A stretch of 64,000 nucleotides of DNA from Prevotella sp. (GCA_045131435.1 JBGUQW010000110.1:177-64176), one strand, 5' to 3'. Numbered from the stretch's first letter, positions 1 through 8,621 are shown. The notes: generated by a model from the letters alone, not told the origin. A program made the numbers and translations.

Positions 1-1220
1 AGCAGTTCTGGAAGAAAGAAGCCTTCGGAGTCATCACCACCCACTACCAGAACCTGAAGCACTTTGCCGAAGACCATCCGGGCGTGGTGAACGGAGCGAT
101 GCTCTACGACCGACATCAGATGCAGGCGTTGTTCCAGTTGTCTATAGGTCAGCCAGGCTCGTCGTTTGCCATAGAGATAGCCCGTAAGACAGGAATTCCC
201 GATGAGGTCATCAATGACGCCTCTGAGATTGTGGGTTCTGAATATATCCAAAGTGACAAATACCTGCAGGACATTGTTCGCGACAAGCGCTACTGGGAGG
301 GCAAGCGTCAGACCATCCACCAGCACGAGAAGTCGCTGGAAGGTCACATCCAGCGCTACGAGACGAACCTGGAGGAGATTGAGCGTGAGCGCAAGCAGAT
401 TCTGCGCCGTGCCCAGGAACAAGCTGACGAACTGATTCGCCAGGCCAACCAGAAGATTGAGAACACCATCCGTGAAATCAAGGAGGCGCAGGCCGATAAG
501 GAGCGCACCCGTATTGTCCGCGAAGAGCTGCAGCAGTTCCGCGAACAGGTGGTCAACGACGACACACGCGGACTGATGAGCGAAGAGGACTTTGCCAAGC
601 GTCTGCAGAAAATGGAGGAGCGCAAGGCCCGTAAGGAAAAGCGCAAGGCTGAGAAAGGGCAGCAGCAGAAGGCCGTCAGCGAGAAGCTGGCTGCCAGGGC
701 GAAAGCGAGTCTGGACGATGCCAACCGTCCTTTGGAGAAGGGTGACACCGTGCGCATCAAGGGTACGAACAGCGTGGGCGAGATAGAAACCATACAGGGC
801 AAGCAGGCCACGGTTATCTTCGGCGGGTTGCGTTCGAAGGTGAAGCTGGAACAACTGGAAAGGACTGCCTCCCCCAGCTCCTCCAAAGGAGGGGAGAATG
901 CTGCAGATAAGCATGCCCATCTGGCTGTGCAGACCAGCAAGATGACACGCTCGACGATGGAAGACCGCAAGCAGAATTTCCATCAGGACTTGGACGTGCG
1001 CGGCATGCGTGGTGACGAGGCCGTCGACACCGTCATGCACTTCATCGACGATGCCATTCTAATAGGCATGAGCCGAGTGCGCATCCTTCATGGCACGGGG
1101 TCAGGTATTCTGCGCCAGCTGATTCGCCAGTATCTGAATACCGTCCCCAATGTCACTAAGGCACGCGATGAACACGTTCAGTTTGGTGGCGCCGGTATTA
1201 CTGTTGTCGATTTGGACTAA
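1..1220 (+). CDS. mutS2: endonuclease MutS2, C-terminal part (5' end lies outside the window)
   Basis: The frame is open from nt 3 (QFWKKEAFGVITTHYQNLKHF...). It has a long KE-rich coiled-coil linker and a C-terminal Smr-like block, LDVRGMRGDEA...RILHGTGSGILR. Confidence 0.9.
   Translation, partial: QFWKKEAFGVITTHYQNLKHFAEDHPGVVNGAMLYDRHQMQALFQLSIGQPGSSFAIEIARKTGIPDEVINDASEIVGSEYIQSDKYLQDIVRDKRYWEGKRQTIHQHEKSLEGHIQRYETNLEEIERERKQILRRAQEQADELIRQANQKIENTIREIKEAQADKERTRIVREELQQFREQVVNDDTRGLMSEEDFAKRLQKMEERKARKEKRKAEKGQQQKAVSEKLAARAKASLDDANRPLEKGDTVRIKGTNSVGEIETIQGKQATVIFGGLRSKVKLEQLERTASPSSSKGGENAADKHAHLAVQTSKMTRSTMEDRKQNFHQDLDVRGMRGDEAVDTVMHFIDDAILIGMSRVRILHGTGSGILRQLIRQYLNTVPNVTKARDEHVQFGGAGITVVDLD
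868..896 (+). repeat. C-rich/G-rich palindromic mini-element, in frame in mutS2
   Basis: cctcccccagctcctccaaaggaggggag, which encodes SPSSSKGGE. Confidence 0.7.
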
Positions 1221-2233
1221 AACGCCAAACCATCATTATCACAAAGGGATGTTGCCAGTTGCTGCGCTTCGTGACGAGCGGGTTTACCTGTAGCCGTCAT
1301 TGGAATATGCGGAACGGTGAGGATATGGCGCGGAAGCCAGTATTTAGGAAGAACGTTACGGCAAATGGCCTGTAAGGTTGCAGTATCAGACGACTCGGTG
1401 AGCATGACAACCTGTTCGCCGAGTCTGACGTCTGGCACTTTGGTAATTATAAAAGGAACACGCACGCAAGACCTCAGCAGGCGTTCCACCTCTTCAATCT
1501 GAATCTTGATACCACCTGAACAGATGACGTTGTCCTTGCGCCCAAGGATGCGGAAGGCCACCTTCCCCGCCCTCTCCGACTGGAGAGGGGGCCGCAGTTC
1601 AGCGATGTCGTTGGTGACGAGAGTTCCGTCGTGAACAGTAGGGGCATCAATGACCAAGCAGCCATCATCATTCAGCGATAAACGGACGCCATCGAAGGGC
1701 GTATACCAGTCGGAGCGCTCAGGGCCGTTGAGTCGGCGCAGGGCAATATGTGAGAGCGTTTCCGTCATGCCGTAGGTGCTATAAACAGGATTTGGGAAAT
1801 CAGCCAGGGCACGCTCCAGCTCAGCATCGATGGCACCCCCTCCGATGATGAGATGACGAATAGCTTTCAGGCATTCGCGTTCCTCAGGAACCTGAAGCGA
1901 GTTGTAAACCTGAAGAGGAACCATCGCCGCAAAATCAATATGCCCAGCCACTGTTCCCAGCGGGTTTCCGCTGGGTGGAACAGTGATAAGCTCCAGGCCA
2001 CAGGTGAGGGCACGGACGACCATCATTTTGCCTGCGATATAGTCGAGCGACATGCAAAGCAGAGCCGTATCGCCTGGCTGCAGTCCCAAGAAGCGGCATG
2101 TCATGCGTGCCGAGGCCTTCATGCGCCGTTTCTCTACGAGCATGGGCTTCGGCTGTCCCGTGGAGCCGCTGGTATGTACCAACAGCGTGGGACTATCGTT
2201 GTGCCATTCGGCAAGAAACTCTTCTAAACTCAC
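1217..2233 (-). CDS. menE: O-succinylbenzoate-CoA ligase (AMP-binding enzyme)
   Basis: AMP-binding motif TSGSTGQPKP, GMTE, and C-terminal TATGKPAR. It sits next to menC and menB. The start appears to be GTG. Its stop overlaps the mutS2 stop by 4 nt (convergent). Confidence 0.8.
   Translation of the reverse strand: MSLEEFLAEWHNDSPTLLVHTSGSTGQPKPMLVEKRRMKASARMTCRFLGLQPGDTALLCMSLDYIAGKMMVVRALTCGLELITVPPSGNPLGTVAGHIDFAAMVPLQVYNSLQVPEERECLKAIRHLIIGGGAIDAELERALADFPNPVYSTYGMTETLSHIALRRLNGPERSDWYTPFDGVRLSLNDDGCLVIDAPTVHDGTLVTNDIAELRPPLQSERAGKVAFRILGRKDNVICSGGIKIQIEEVERLLRSCVRVPFIITKVPDVRLGEQVVMLTESSDTATLQAICRNVLPKYWLPRHILTVPHIPMTATGKPARHEAQQLATSLCDNDGLAF
1565..1592 (-). repeat. related palindromic mini-element, in frame in menE
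   Basis: The sense strand reads ccccctctcc-agtc-ggagagggcgggg, which encodes PPLQSERAG. Confidence 0.5.
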
Positions 2234-2264
2234 CTTGAACCTTTAACCATGAACCCTTAACCAT
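2233..2264 (+). repeat. heptamer array CTTGAAC/CTTTAAC/CATGAAC/CCTTAAC at the menC-menE junction
   Basis: TGA/TAA recur at about 7-nt spacing and hit all three + frames (checked by hand). The array overlaps the menC C-terminus LWLRVHG. Confidence 0.7.
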
Positions 2265-3316
2265 AATTTGTCGCCCCTTATCTCTAAAGGCATATCGATA
2301 TTATCTGTAAAAAGCTGACCTGTGCCAAGACCCTGTGGCATCATCTCCCCTCCTTGGGAGGGGTTGGGGGAGCTTTCATACACGCTGGCACAAAACTGTG
2401 CGATGGCATTCAGTCCGATGTTGCTCTCAAGAGCCGATGTAATCCACGTGCCGATACGCATGTCGCGAGCTGTTTCTATCCACTCGCGACAGCCCATCAT
2501 GCCACCATGCAGCGAAGGTTTCAGCACGAGGTAGCGCGGACGGATGATGTTGAGCATCTGGCGCTTCTGGTCAGGATCGTTGACACCGATGAGTTCCTCG
2601 TCGAGGGCGATGGGCAATGGTGACTCGCGACATAGCTCGGACATAAACGACCACTGGCCAGCACGGATGGGTTGCTCGATGCTGTGCAGGGCATACTGCG
2701 ACAGCAGTTCGAGTTTGTACAAAGCTTCGTCAAAGGAGAACGCACCATTGGCATCGACGCGCAGTTCAACGTCGTGATGACTGAAACGGCTGCGAATCTT
2801 TTTAATCAGTTCCAGCTCGGCATCGAAGTCGATAGCCCCTATTTTCAGTTTGACGCAATGGAAGCCCTGCTTGAGTTTCTCTTCGATGCGCTGTTGCATC
2901 TCTTCAAAGGTTCCCATCCATACGAGACCGTTGATGGGAATACCCTGTTTGCCACGAGAGAAGGGGGTGTAGAAGAGAATGGGTGATGGGTGGTGGGTGT
3001 TGGGTGATGGATGATTCCTCAAATCAAGTAATGCTGTTTCCAAGCCGAAAAGCATGGAGGGGTAGTCGCGGAGGGCTTCGTAGGGTATTTCACCAGTACG
3101 CTCCACATCGTCGCAGAAGTGGCGCAGCACGTCGGCATAGTTTGGCAGGTCGTCGCAACTGAGCTGGGGCAGCGGGGCACATTCGCCTGTTCCGACTGCA
3201 GAACCGTCGGACACGCGAAGGAGCCAGATGCGGCGCTCAGTATAGACGCCACGACTGGTACCTGCTGGCTGTTTGAAATGGAGTACGCGCTCCTCAATGT
3301 CGATTTTATAACTCAT
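2243..3316 (-). CDS. menC: o-succinylbenzoate synthase (enolase superfamily, MR/MLE)
   Basis: Enolase-superfamily pattern: KLKIG, ELRVDANGAF, IEQP, LDEEL. It lies between menB and menE. It carries two short repeat insertions (see findings). Confidence 0.85.
   Translation of the reverse strand: MSYKIDIEERVLHFKQPAGTSRGVYTERRIWLLRVSDGSAVGTGECAPLPQLSCDDLPNYADVLRHFCDDVERTGEIPYEALRDYPSMLFGLETALLDLRNHPSPNTHHPSPILFYTPFSRGKQGIPINGLVWMGTFEEMQQRIEEKLKQGFHCVKLKIGAIDFDAELELIKKIRSRFSHHDVELRVDANGAFSFDEALYKLELLSQYALHSIEQPIRAGQWSFMSELCRESPLPIALDEELIGVNDPDQKRQMLNIIRPRYLVLKPSLHGGMMGCREWIETARDMRIGTWITSALESNIGLNAIAQFCASVYESSPNPSQGGEMMPQGLGTGQLFTDNIDMPLEIRGDKLWLRVHG
2345..2372 (-). repeat. C-rich/G-rich palindromic mini-element, in frame in menC
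   Basis: The sense strand reads ctcccccaacccctcc-caa-ggaggggag, which encodes SPNPSQGGE. Confidence 0.7.
2981..3014 (+). repeat. GT-rich heptamer array (GGGTGAT/GGGTGGT/GGGTGTT), a G4 motif, inside menC
   Basis: gggtgatgggtggtgggtgttgggtgatgg. The antisense reading gives NHPSPNTHHPSP. Confidence 0.8.
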
Positions 3317-3351
3317 CCGAAAAATCCGTCTAATCTGTGGTCAATCATAAT

Positions 3352-4209
3352 TTATGGAATCTGTGGATATTTATCGAAGTCGGGCTTACGCTTTTCGAGG
3401 AAAGCCTTTCCACCTTCCTGTGCTTCGTCGAGGAAGTAGTAGAGCATGGTGGCATCTCCCGCCAGCTGCTGGATGCCAGCCTGTCCGTCGAGTTCAGCAT
3501 TCAGACCAGCCTTGATCATCCTTAATGCCAACGGCGAACGCTCCATCATCGTCTCAGCCCACTCCACACACTCGTCCTCAAGCTGTTCGATAGGCACCAC
3601 CTTGTTCACCATTCCCATCTGTTCAGCCTCTGCTGCCGTATATTGACGACACAAGAACCATATCTCGCGAGCCTTCTTCTGACCCACGATACGAGCCAGA
3701 TAGCTGGAGCCGAAGCCAGCATCGAAGGAACCGACCTTAGGACCTGTTTGCCCGAAAATGGCATTTTCGGACGCGATGGTCAGGTCACACACCAAATGCA
3801 GCACATGGCCCCCACCGATGGCATAGCCGTTCACCATCGCAATGACGGGTTTAGGCAGCCGGCGAATCTGCATCTGCACATCGAGCACAGAGAGGCGGGG
3901 CACGCCATCCTCGTCGATATAGCCGCCACGACCTTTGACATGCATGTCGCCACCAGAGCAGAAGGCGTGTTTCACGTCCTCCGGGCGCTGTCCCTCCGGC
4001 ACTTCCGACATAGCCCCCGTCAGCAGCACCACACGGATCTGCTGCATCTCGCGGCAAAGCGCAAAGGCCTGACTCAGCTCATACGTCGTCTTCGGCGTGA
4101 AGGCATTGCGATAGTGCGGTCTGTTGATGGTAATCTTAGCGATGCCATGATACTCTTCGAAGAGAATCTCCTCGAACTTCCTAATCTCTTTCCATTGTCT
4201 TTTTTCCAT
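3352..4209 (-). CDS. menB: 1,4-dihydroxy-2-naphthoyl-CoA synthase
   Basis: A 285-aa crotonase-fold protein with typical MenB blocks ([37 protein letters not shown]). Confidence 0.95.
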   Translation of the reverse strand: MEKRQWKEIRKFEEILFEEYHGIAKITINRPHYRNAFTPKTTYELSQAFALCREMQQIRVVLLTGAMSEVPEGQRPEDVKHAFCSGGDMHVKGRGGYIDEDGVPRLSVLDVQMQIRRLPKPVIAMVNGYAIGGGHVLHLVCDLTIASENAIFGQTGPKVGSFDAGFGSSYLARIVGQKKAREIWFLCRQYTAAEAEQMGMVNKVVPIEQLEDECVEWAETMMERSPLALRMIKAGLNAELDGQAGIQQLAGDATMLYYFLDEAQEGGKAFLEKRKPDFDKYPQIP

Positions 4210-4228
4210 ATGTTCCTAAAATTTTGTG

Positions 4229-4266
4229 CAAAGATAGGAAAAAATCCCAAATATTTTGTATCTTTG
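4229..4266. promoter_or_regulatory. divergent Bacteroidetes-type -7 boxes (TATCTTTG on both strands) for menB and the kinase-like gene
   Basis: CAAAGATA at 4229-4236 (minus strand) and TATCTTTG at 4259-4266 (plus strand) form a perfect inverted pair. Confidence 0.6.
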
Positions 4267-4285
4267 CAGACAAAATTCCATTGCT

Positions 4286-5965
4286 ATGCTACAAATCCGC
4301 TGCAAGAACAATGGCGTCACCAAGAGTTTCCCTGAAGGATGCTCCCTATTAGACGTTTATCAGGAGTTTGCCGACGACATCAAACTCCCCTACCCTGTGG
4401 TCTCGGCCAAAGTGAATAATGCCTCGCAAGGACTAAAGTTCCGTCTCTATCAGAATCGCGATGTAGAATTCCTCGACGCCCGTGAGGGAAGTGGTCATCG
4501 TGTCTATGTCCGTTCCCTGTGCTTCCTGCTCTACAAAGCTACGCAGGACGTCTTTCCCGGGTCAAAGCTTTTCATTGAGCATACCATCTCGCGTGGCTAC
4601 TACTGTAACTTCAAGAAGAAGGGCAACGAGGTGCTGTCCGATGGCGACGTAGAACAGATTTACAATCGCATGAATGAGATAGTGAATCTGGACATGCCGT
4701 TCCGACGCACTGAGGCGACGAACGAAGAAGCCATCCGCGTCTTTGCCGAACGGGGCTTTGCAGACAAGGTGAAGCTGCTGGAGACCAGCGGACAGATATA
4801 CAGCGACTACTACATGCTGGGCGATACTGCCGACTACTACTATGGTCCGTTGGTGCCCAGTGCGGGTTATTTGAAAGTATTCGGACTGGAGCCCTACCAC
4901 GACGGTATGCTGCTCCGCGTACCCGACTGGAATAACCCCACCATATTGGCCGAGAAGGTCGACATGCCTAAGACCTACGAGATGTTTGCTGAAAAGACCC
5001 GTTGGGACATCATCATGCGTCTGTCCAATGCCGGCGATGTCAACAGAGCCATCCTGAAAGGGCACGCCTCAGAGCTGATTCAGGTCAGTGAGGCCCTGCA
5101 GGAAAAGAAAATCGTACAGATAGCAGAGGATATAGACCGTCGTTTCCACGCCGAAGAGAATCCCATCCGCATCGTGCTCATCACAGGACCGTCATCATCG
5201 GGAAAAACCACGTTCTGCAAACGTCTAAGCATTCAGCTGCTGGCATGTGGACTGCGTCCGCTATCGTTCTCGACAGATGATTATTTCGTCAACCGCGTCG
5301 ATACGCCAAAATTACCCAACGGCGACTACGACTTCGACAACATCGAAGCTGTCGACTACCATCTGCTGGAGGATCACCTGACAGCTTTGATGAATGGCGA
5401 ACGCGTGGAGATTCCTGAATACAACTTCTCGACAGGCAAGCGCGAGTGGAACGGTAAGAAAATCAAACTGGGAGGCGACACGGTGCTGATCATCGAGGGC
5501 ATCCATGCACTGAATCCCTTGTTGACCAAGAAGATAGAAGACTCGCTGAAGTACAAGATCTATATCTCAGCACTGACCAGCATCTCACTCGATGACCACA
5601 ACTGGATTCCGACACGCGACAACCGTCTGCTGCGCCGCATCATCCGCGACTATAACAAGGGAGCCTTTACGGCTCAGGAAACCATTGCCCAATGGAAGAA
5701 CGTCTGCGAGGCCGAAGACAAATGGATTTTCCCCTATCAGGAGACTGCCGATGCGATGTTCAACTCGGCGCTGAACATCGAGTTTGCCGTACTCCGTACC
5801 CATGCAGAAATCATTCTGGCCTCCGTACCCCGCAACTGCGCTGAGTACGCCGAGGCCCACCGGCTGCTGAAGTTCATCCACTACTTCCTCCCTGTCTCTG
5901 ACAAGGAGATTCCACCCACCAGCATCATGCGTGAGTTCGTGGGTGGCAGCAGCTTTAAATATTAA
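4286..5965 (+). CDS. nucleoside/uridine-kinase-like P-loop protein with a TGS-like N-terminal domain
   Basis: P-loop ITGPSSSGKTTF and a PRK/uridine-kinase-like C-terminal half. I moved the start to ATG 4286 because the track start overlaps the TATCTTTG -7 box at 4259-4266. Confidence 0.7.
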   Translation: MLQIRCKNNGVTKSFPEGCSLLDVYQEFADDIKLPYPVVSAKVNNASQGLKFRLYQNRDVEFLDAREGSGHRVYVRSLCFLLYKATQDVFPGSKLFIEHTISRGYYCNFKKKGNEVLSDGDVEQIYNRMNEIVNLDMPFRRTEATNEEAIRVFAERGFADKVKLLETSGQIYSDYYMLGDTADYYYGPLVPSAGYLKVFGLEPYHDGMLLRVPDWNNPTILAEKVDMPKTYEMFAEKTRWDIIMRLSNAGDVNRAILKGHASELIQVSEALQEKKIVQIAEDIDRRFHAEENPIRIVLITGPSSSGKTTFCKRLSIQLLACGLRPLSFSTDDYFVNRVDTPKLPNGDYDFDNIEAVDYHLLEDHLTALMNGERVEIPEYNFSTGKREWNGKKIKLGGDTVLIIEGIHALNPLLTKKIEDSLKYKIYISALTSISLDDHNWIPTRDNRLLRRIIRDYNKGAFTAQETIAQWKNVCEAEDKWIFPYQETADAMFNSALNIEFAVLRTHAEIILASVPRNCAEYAEAHRLLKFIHYFLPVSDKEIPPTSIMREFVGGSSFKY

Positions 5966-6007
5966 AGATGAAAGATGAAAAATTAAAAATTAAAAATTAT
6001 AAATTAA
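5964..6007 (+). repeat. heptamer array 2x AAGATGA plus 4x AAAATTA between the kinase-like gene and menD
   Basis: 7-nt periodicity. Stops fall in two of the three + frames. Confidence 0.7.
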
Positions 6008-6020
6008 GGGCGGAGAGGTT

Positions 6021-7574
6021 ATGTATAGCAACAAAGAGAATGTCAATATCCTGACAGCACTGTTGGTGGCACATGGAATACGACATGCTGTGGTGTGTCC
6101 AGGTAGCCGCAACTCACCCCTTGTACATAATCTGAATGAATGCCCTGACATTGCTTGTTATCCTGTAACCGACGAACGCAGCGCAGGCTTCTATGCTTTG
6201 GGGATGGCATTGTGTGAGGCTGAGCCCGTGGTCGTTTGTGTCACCAGTGGTACGGCACTACTGAATCTTGCTCCTGCTGTGGCGGAAGCTTATTACCAGC
6301 ACGTTCCTTTAGTGGTGATTTCTGCTGATCGTCCCCCACAATGGATTGACCAGTTGGACGGACAGACACTCCCCCAGACGGATGCCTTAGGGCACTTTGT
6401 GTGCAGGGCCGTTTCGCTGCCAGAAGTGCGGAACGAAGAAGAGCACTGGTATTGCAACCGGCTTGTCAACGAAGCCCTTATCGTACGTCATACACCAGTT
6501 CATATCAACGTACCTATTACAGAACCACTCTTTGAATACACGCAGTCGTCACTGCCCCAAGAACGGAAGATAGAGCTGTTGCCTGCCGATATCCTGCCCC
6601 ACACGCTGAGCCATGCCCTGCATATGTTCATGCAGGCAGAGCGTCCGATGCTCATCAGTGGCCAGCCCATGAATCCACTACTCGACGAAGCCGTGATGGT
6701 GGTAGATGATGACGAAAAATACGTGCCTGACTTTGTACTATACACAGGTGGCAGTATCGTCAGTAAACGCGTGAAACACTATTTGCGCAAAGCCAAGGAG
6801 ACGTGGGTAGTGAACGAGACAGGCGAGGTGACTGATACATTTATGAACGTGACACACGTCATACAAGGCGACGGAAATGTCGTGGCCGATCAGGTGCGCT
6901 TCATGCTGGAACAGCAGCCACATCCCTTTGTGCAGCTATGGGAAGCTCTGCTGGAACACGTTCGCCGACAGGTGTCGGCCTATGAGCCTGCCTATTCCCA
7001 GATGGCTGCAGTGAAGTATCTCGAAGCACACAATGGGGCTGACTCTTTGTGTGGCTCTTTCCATTACGCCAACAGCACTGCCATCCGTCTTGCAAATATC
7101 TATGCACAACATCCCGTCTGGTGCAATCGGGGTGTAAATGGCATTGAGGGCTCACTCAGCACTGCTGCCGGCTATTCTGTTGTTTCGGAGCAGAGAATAG
7201 TCTGTGTGCTTGGCGACCTGAGTTTCTTCTACGATCAGAATGCCCTTTGGAATCAGAACCTAAAAGGCAACCTGCGCATCCTGTTGCTAAACAATGGCAA
7301 GGGTGGTATCTTTAATATGCTGAAAGGTCTGGAACAAAGTCCTGCCCGTGATAAGTTTGTCTCAGCAGCGCACCACACTACTGCCAAAGGTATCTGCCTG
7401 CAGAATGACGTCGTCTATTTGAAGGCAGAGAATATGGATGAGATGCAACAGGGTATTGATACCTTATTAAATATAGAGAGTCAGCGTCCCGTTCTCCTCG
7501 AAGTCATCACCGATGCAGCCGAGGACGAGCGTGTACTCAAAGCGTATTATACAAATATGTTACGCAGTCTTTAA
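6021..7574 (+). CDS. menD: 2-succinyl-5-enolpyruvyl-6-hydroxy-3-cyclohexene-1-carboxylate synthase
   Basis: ThDP enzyme pattern: N-terminal CPGSRNSPL and the C-terminal ThDP-binding block GDLSFFYDQNALWN...NNGKGGIF. Confidence 0.9.
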   Translation: MYSNKENVNILTALLVAHGIRHAVVCPGSRNSPLVHNLNECPDIACYPVTDERSAGFYALGMALCEAEPVVVCVTSGTALLNLAPAVAEAYYQHVPLVVISADRPPQWIDQLDGQTLPQTDALGHFVCRAVSLPEVRNEEEHWYCNRLVNEALIVRHTPVHINVPITEPLFEYTQSSLPQERKIELLPADILPHTLSHALHMFMQAERPMLISGQPMNPLLDEAVMVVDDDEKYVPDFVLYTGGSIVSKRVKHYLRKAKETWVVNETGEVTDTFMNVTHVIQGDGNVVADQVRFMLEQQPHPFVQLWEALLEHVRRQVSAYEPAYSQMAAVKYLEAHNGADSLCGSFHYANSTAIRLANIYAQHPVWCNRGVNGIEGSLSTAAGYSVVSEQRIVCVLGDLSFFYDQNALWNQNLKGNLRILLLNNGKGGIFNMLKGLEQSPARDKFVSAAHHTTAKGICLQNDVVYLKAENMDEMQQGIDTLLNIESQRPVLLEVITDAAEDERVLKAYYTNMLRSL

Positions 7575-7594
7575 AGAACTACGCAGTCTTTAAA
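7560..7594. repeat. 15-bp direct repeat TACGCAGTCTTTAAA x2 (5-bp spacer) at the menD/menF convergent junction
   Basis: Copy 1 (7560-7574) encodes the menD C-terminus and stop. Copy 2 (7580-7594) is antisense to the menF C-terminus. Confidence 0.85.
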
Positions 7595-8619
7595 AACAAG
7601 TTCCGCATCGTATCGAGCTTCGTCTCCGTCTCCTGCCACTCCAATTCTTCGACACTATCCTTCAGCAATCCGCCGCCTGCATAGAGCCGATAGCCGTTCT
7701 CGAAAATCTGCATACAACGCAAAGTCACAAACAAGTTGGTTTGTCCGTTAACGAACAACGGACCAAGGAAGCCACTATAGTAGTTCCGCTGGTCGTGCTC
7801 ATATTCCAATATAAACTGGAAAGCCTCCTGTTTGGGCAGTCCGCAGACAGCAGGTGTAGGATGCAGGGCCTGGAGCAAATCGCCTATCTGTGTGGCATCA
7901 GACAGGGAAAAGTGAAAATCACTGCGCAGGTGAGCCAGATGGCCAGCACGAGTGGTATAGGGTCCTTCTTCACGAAAATCATCCGTGAACTGCTCCAACT
8001 GACGGGTAATATAGGTAGCCACATAACGCTGTTCCTGAATATTCTTATCACCCCAGCTCACCCTTTCTGCAAAAGGCATCGTACCAGCCAGTGCCATCGT
8101 ATGCCACTCATGGTTGGTGCCTGACAACAGGATCTCAGGCGTTGCCGTGAGCCACAATCCGCTTTGAGGGGTATAGACCAGCGAAGCCATGACACGAGGA
8201 TAACGTTCACAAGCCCGTAAAAAAAGTGTGATGGGTGAGACATCCTCAGTTCTTCCGATATCGATACTACGCGAAAGAACGAGTTTCTGGAAGTCGCCAT
8301 TCGTCAGATGGGCGTGGAAATTACAGAAATCGATATGATACTCCTGTCGGGGATTTCGGACAGACAGACTGGATATCCTTGTCAGAAGAGGGAAACATGA
8401 TAATCTCGAGAGACCATCGGTTTCCTTTTCCAACGAGAGCTCCTCCACCTCGTCTGGACGGATCATCAGGACAGGGTTCATGGCAGAAGGTGCAAACGGA
8501 GCCACAACGAATCCCTGACAACTGCTGAGTGCCCCACACGAAGGCAGTTCGAGCACCTCGCCCGATACCATCGTACATTGTCTGCTGTATGGCAAACGGA
8601 AAAGGGCGACACCCGTCAT
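7579..8619 (-). CDS. menF: isochorismate synthase
   Basis: C-terminal motifs of chorismate-utilising enzymes: HPTPAVCGLP, YYSGFLGP, RLYAGGGLL. It lies in men-cluster context. Confidence 0.85.
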   Translation of the reverse strand: MTGVALFRLPYSRQCTMVSGEVLELPSCGALSSCQGFVVAPFAPSAMNPVLMIRPDEVEELSLEKETDGLSRLSCFPLLTRISSLSVRNPRQEYHIDFCNFHAHLTNGDFQKLVLSRSIDIGRTEDVSPITLFLRACERYPRVMASLVYTPQSGLWLTATPEILLSGTNHEWHTMALAGTMPFAERVSWGDKNIQEQRYVATYITRQLEQFTDDFREEGPYTTRAGHLAHLRSDFHFSLSDATQIGDLLQALHPTPAVCGLPKQEAFQFILEYEHDQRNYYSGFLGPLFVNGQTNLFVTLRCMQIFENGYRLYAGGGLLKDSVEELEWQETETKLDTMRNLFLKTA

Positions 8620-8621
8620 GA

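Noticed and set aside
4229-7594. The menD block as a mobile element or recent invertible segment.
   Set aside because: There is no recombinase or transposase. No inverted repeats bound the block; the inverted pair at 4229-4266 is just two -7 boxes. I kept only a low-interest synteny note.
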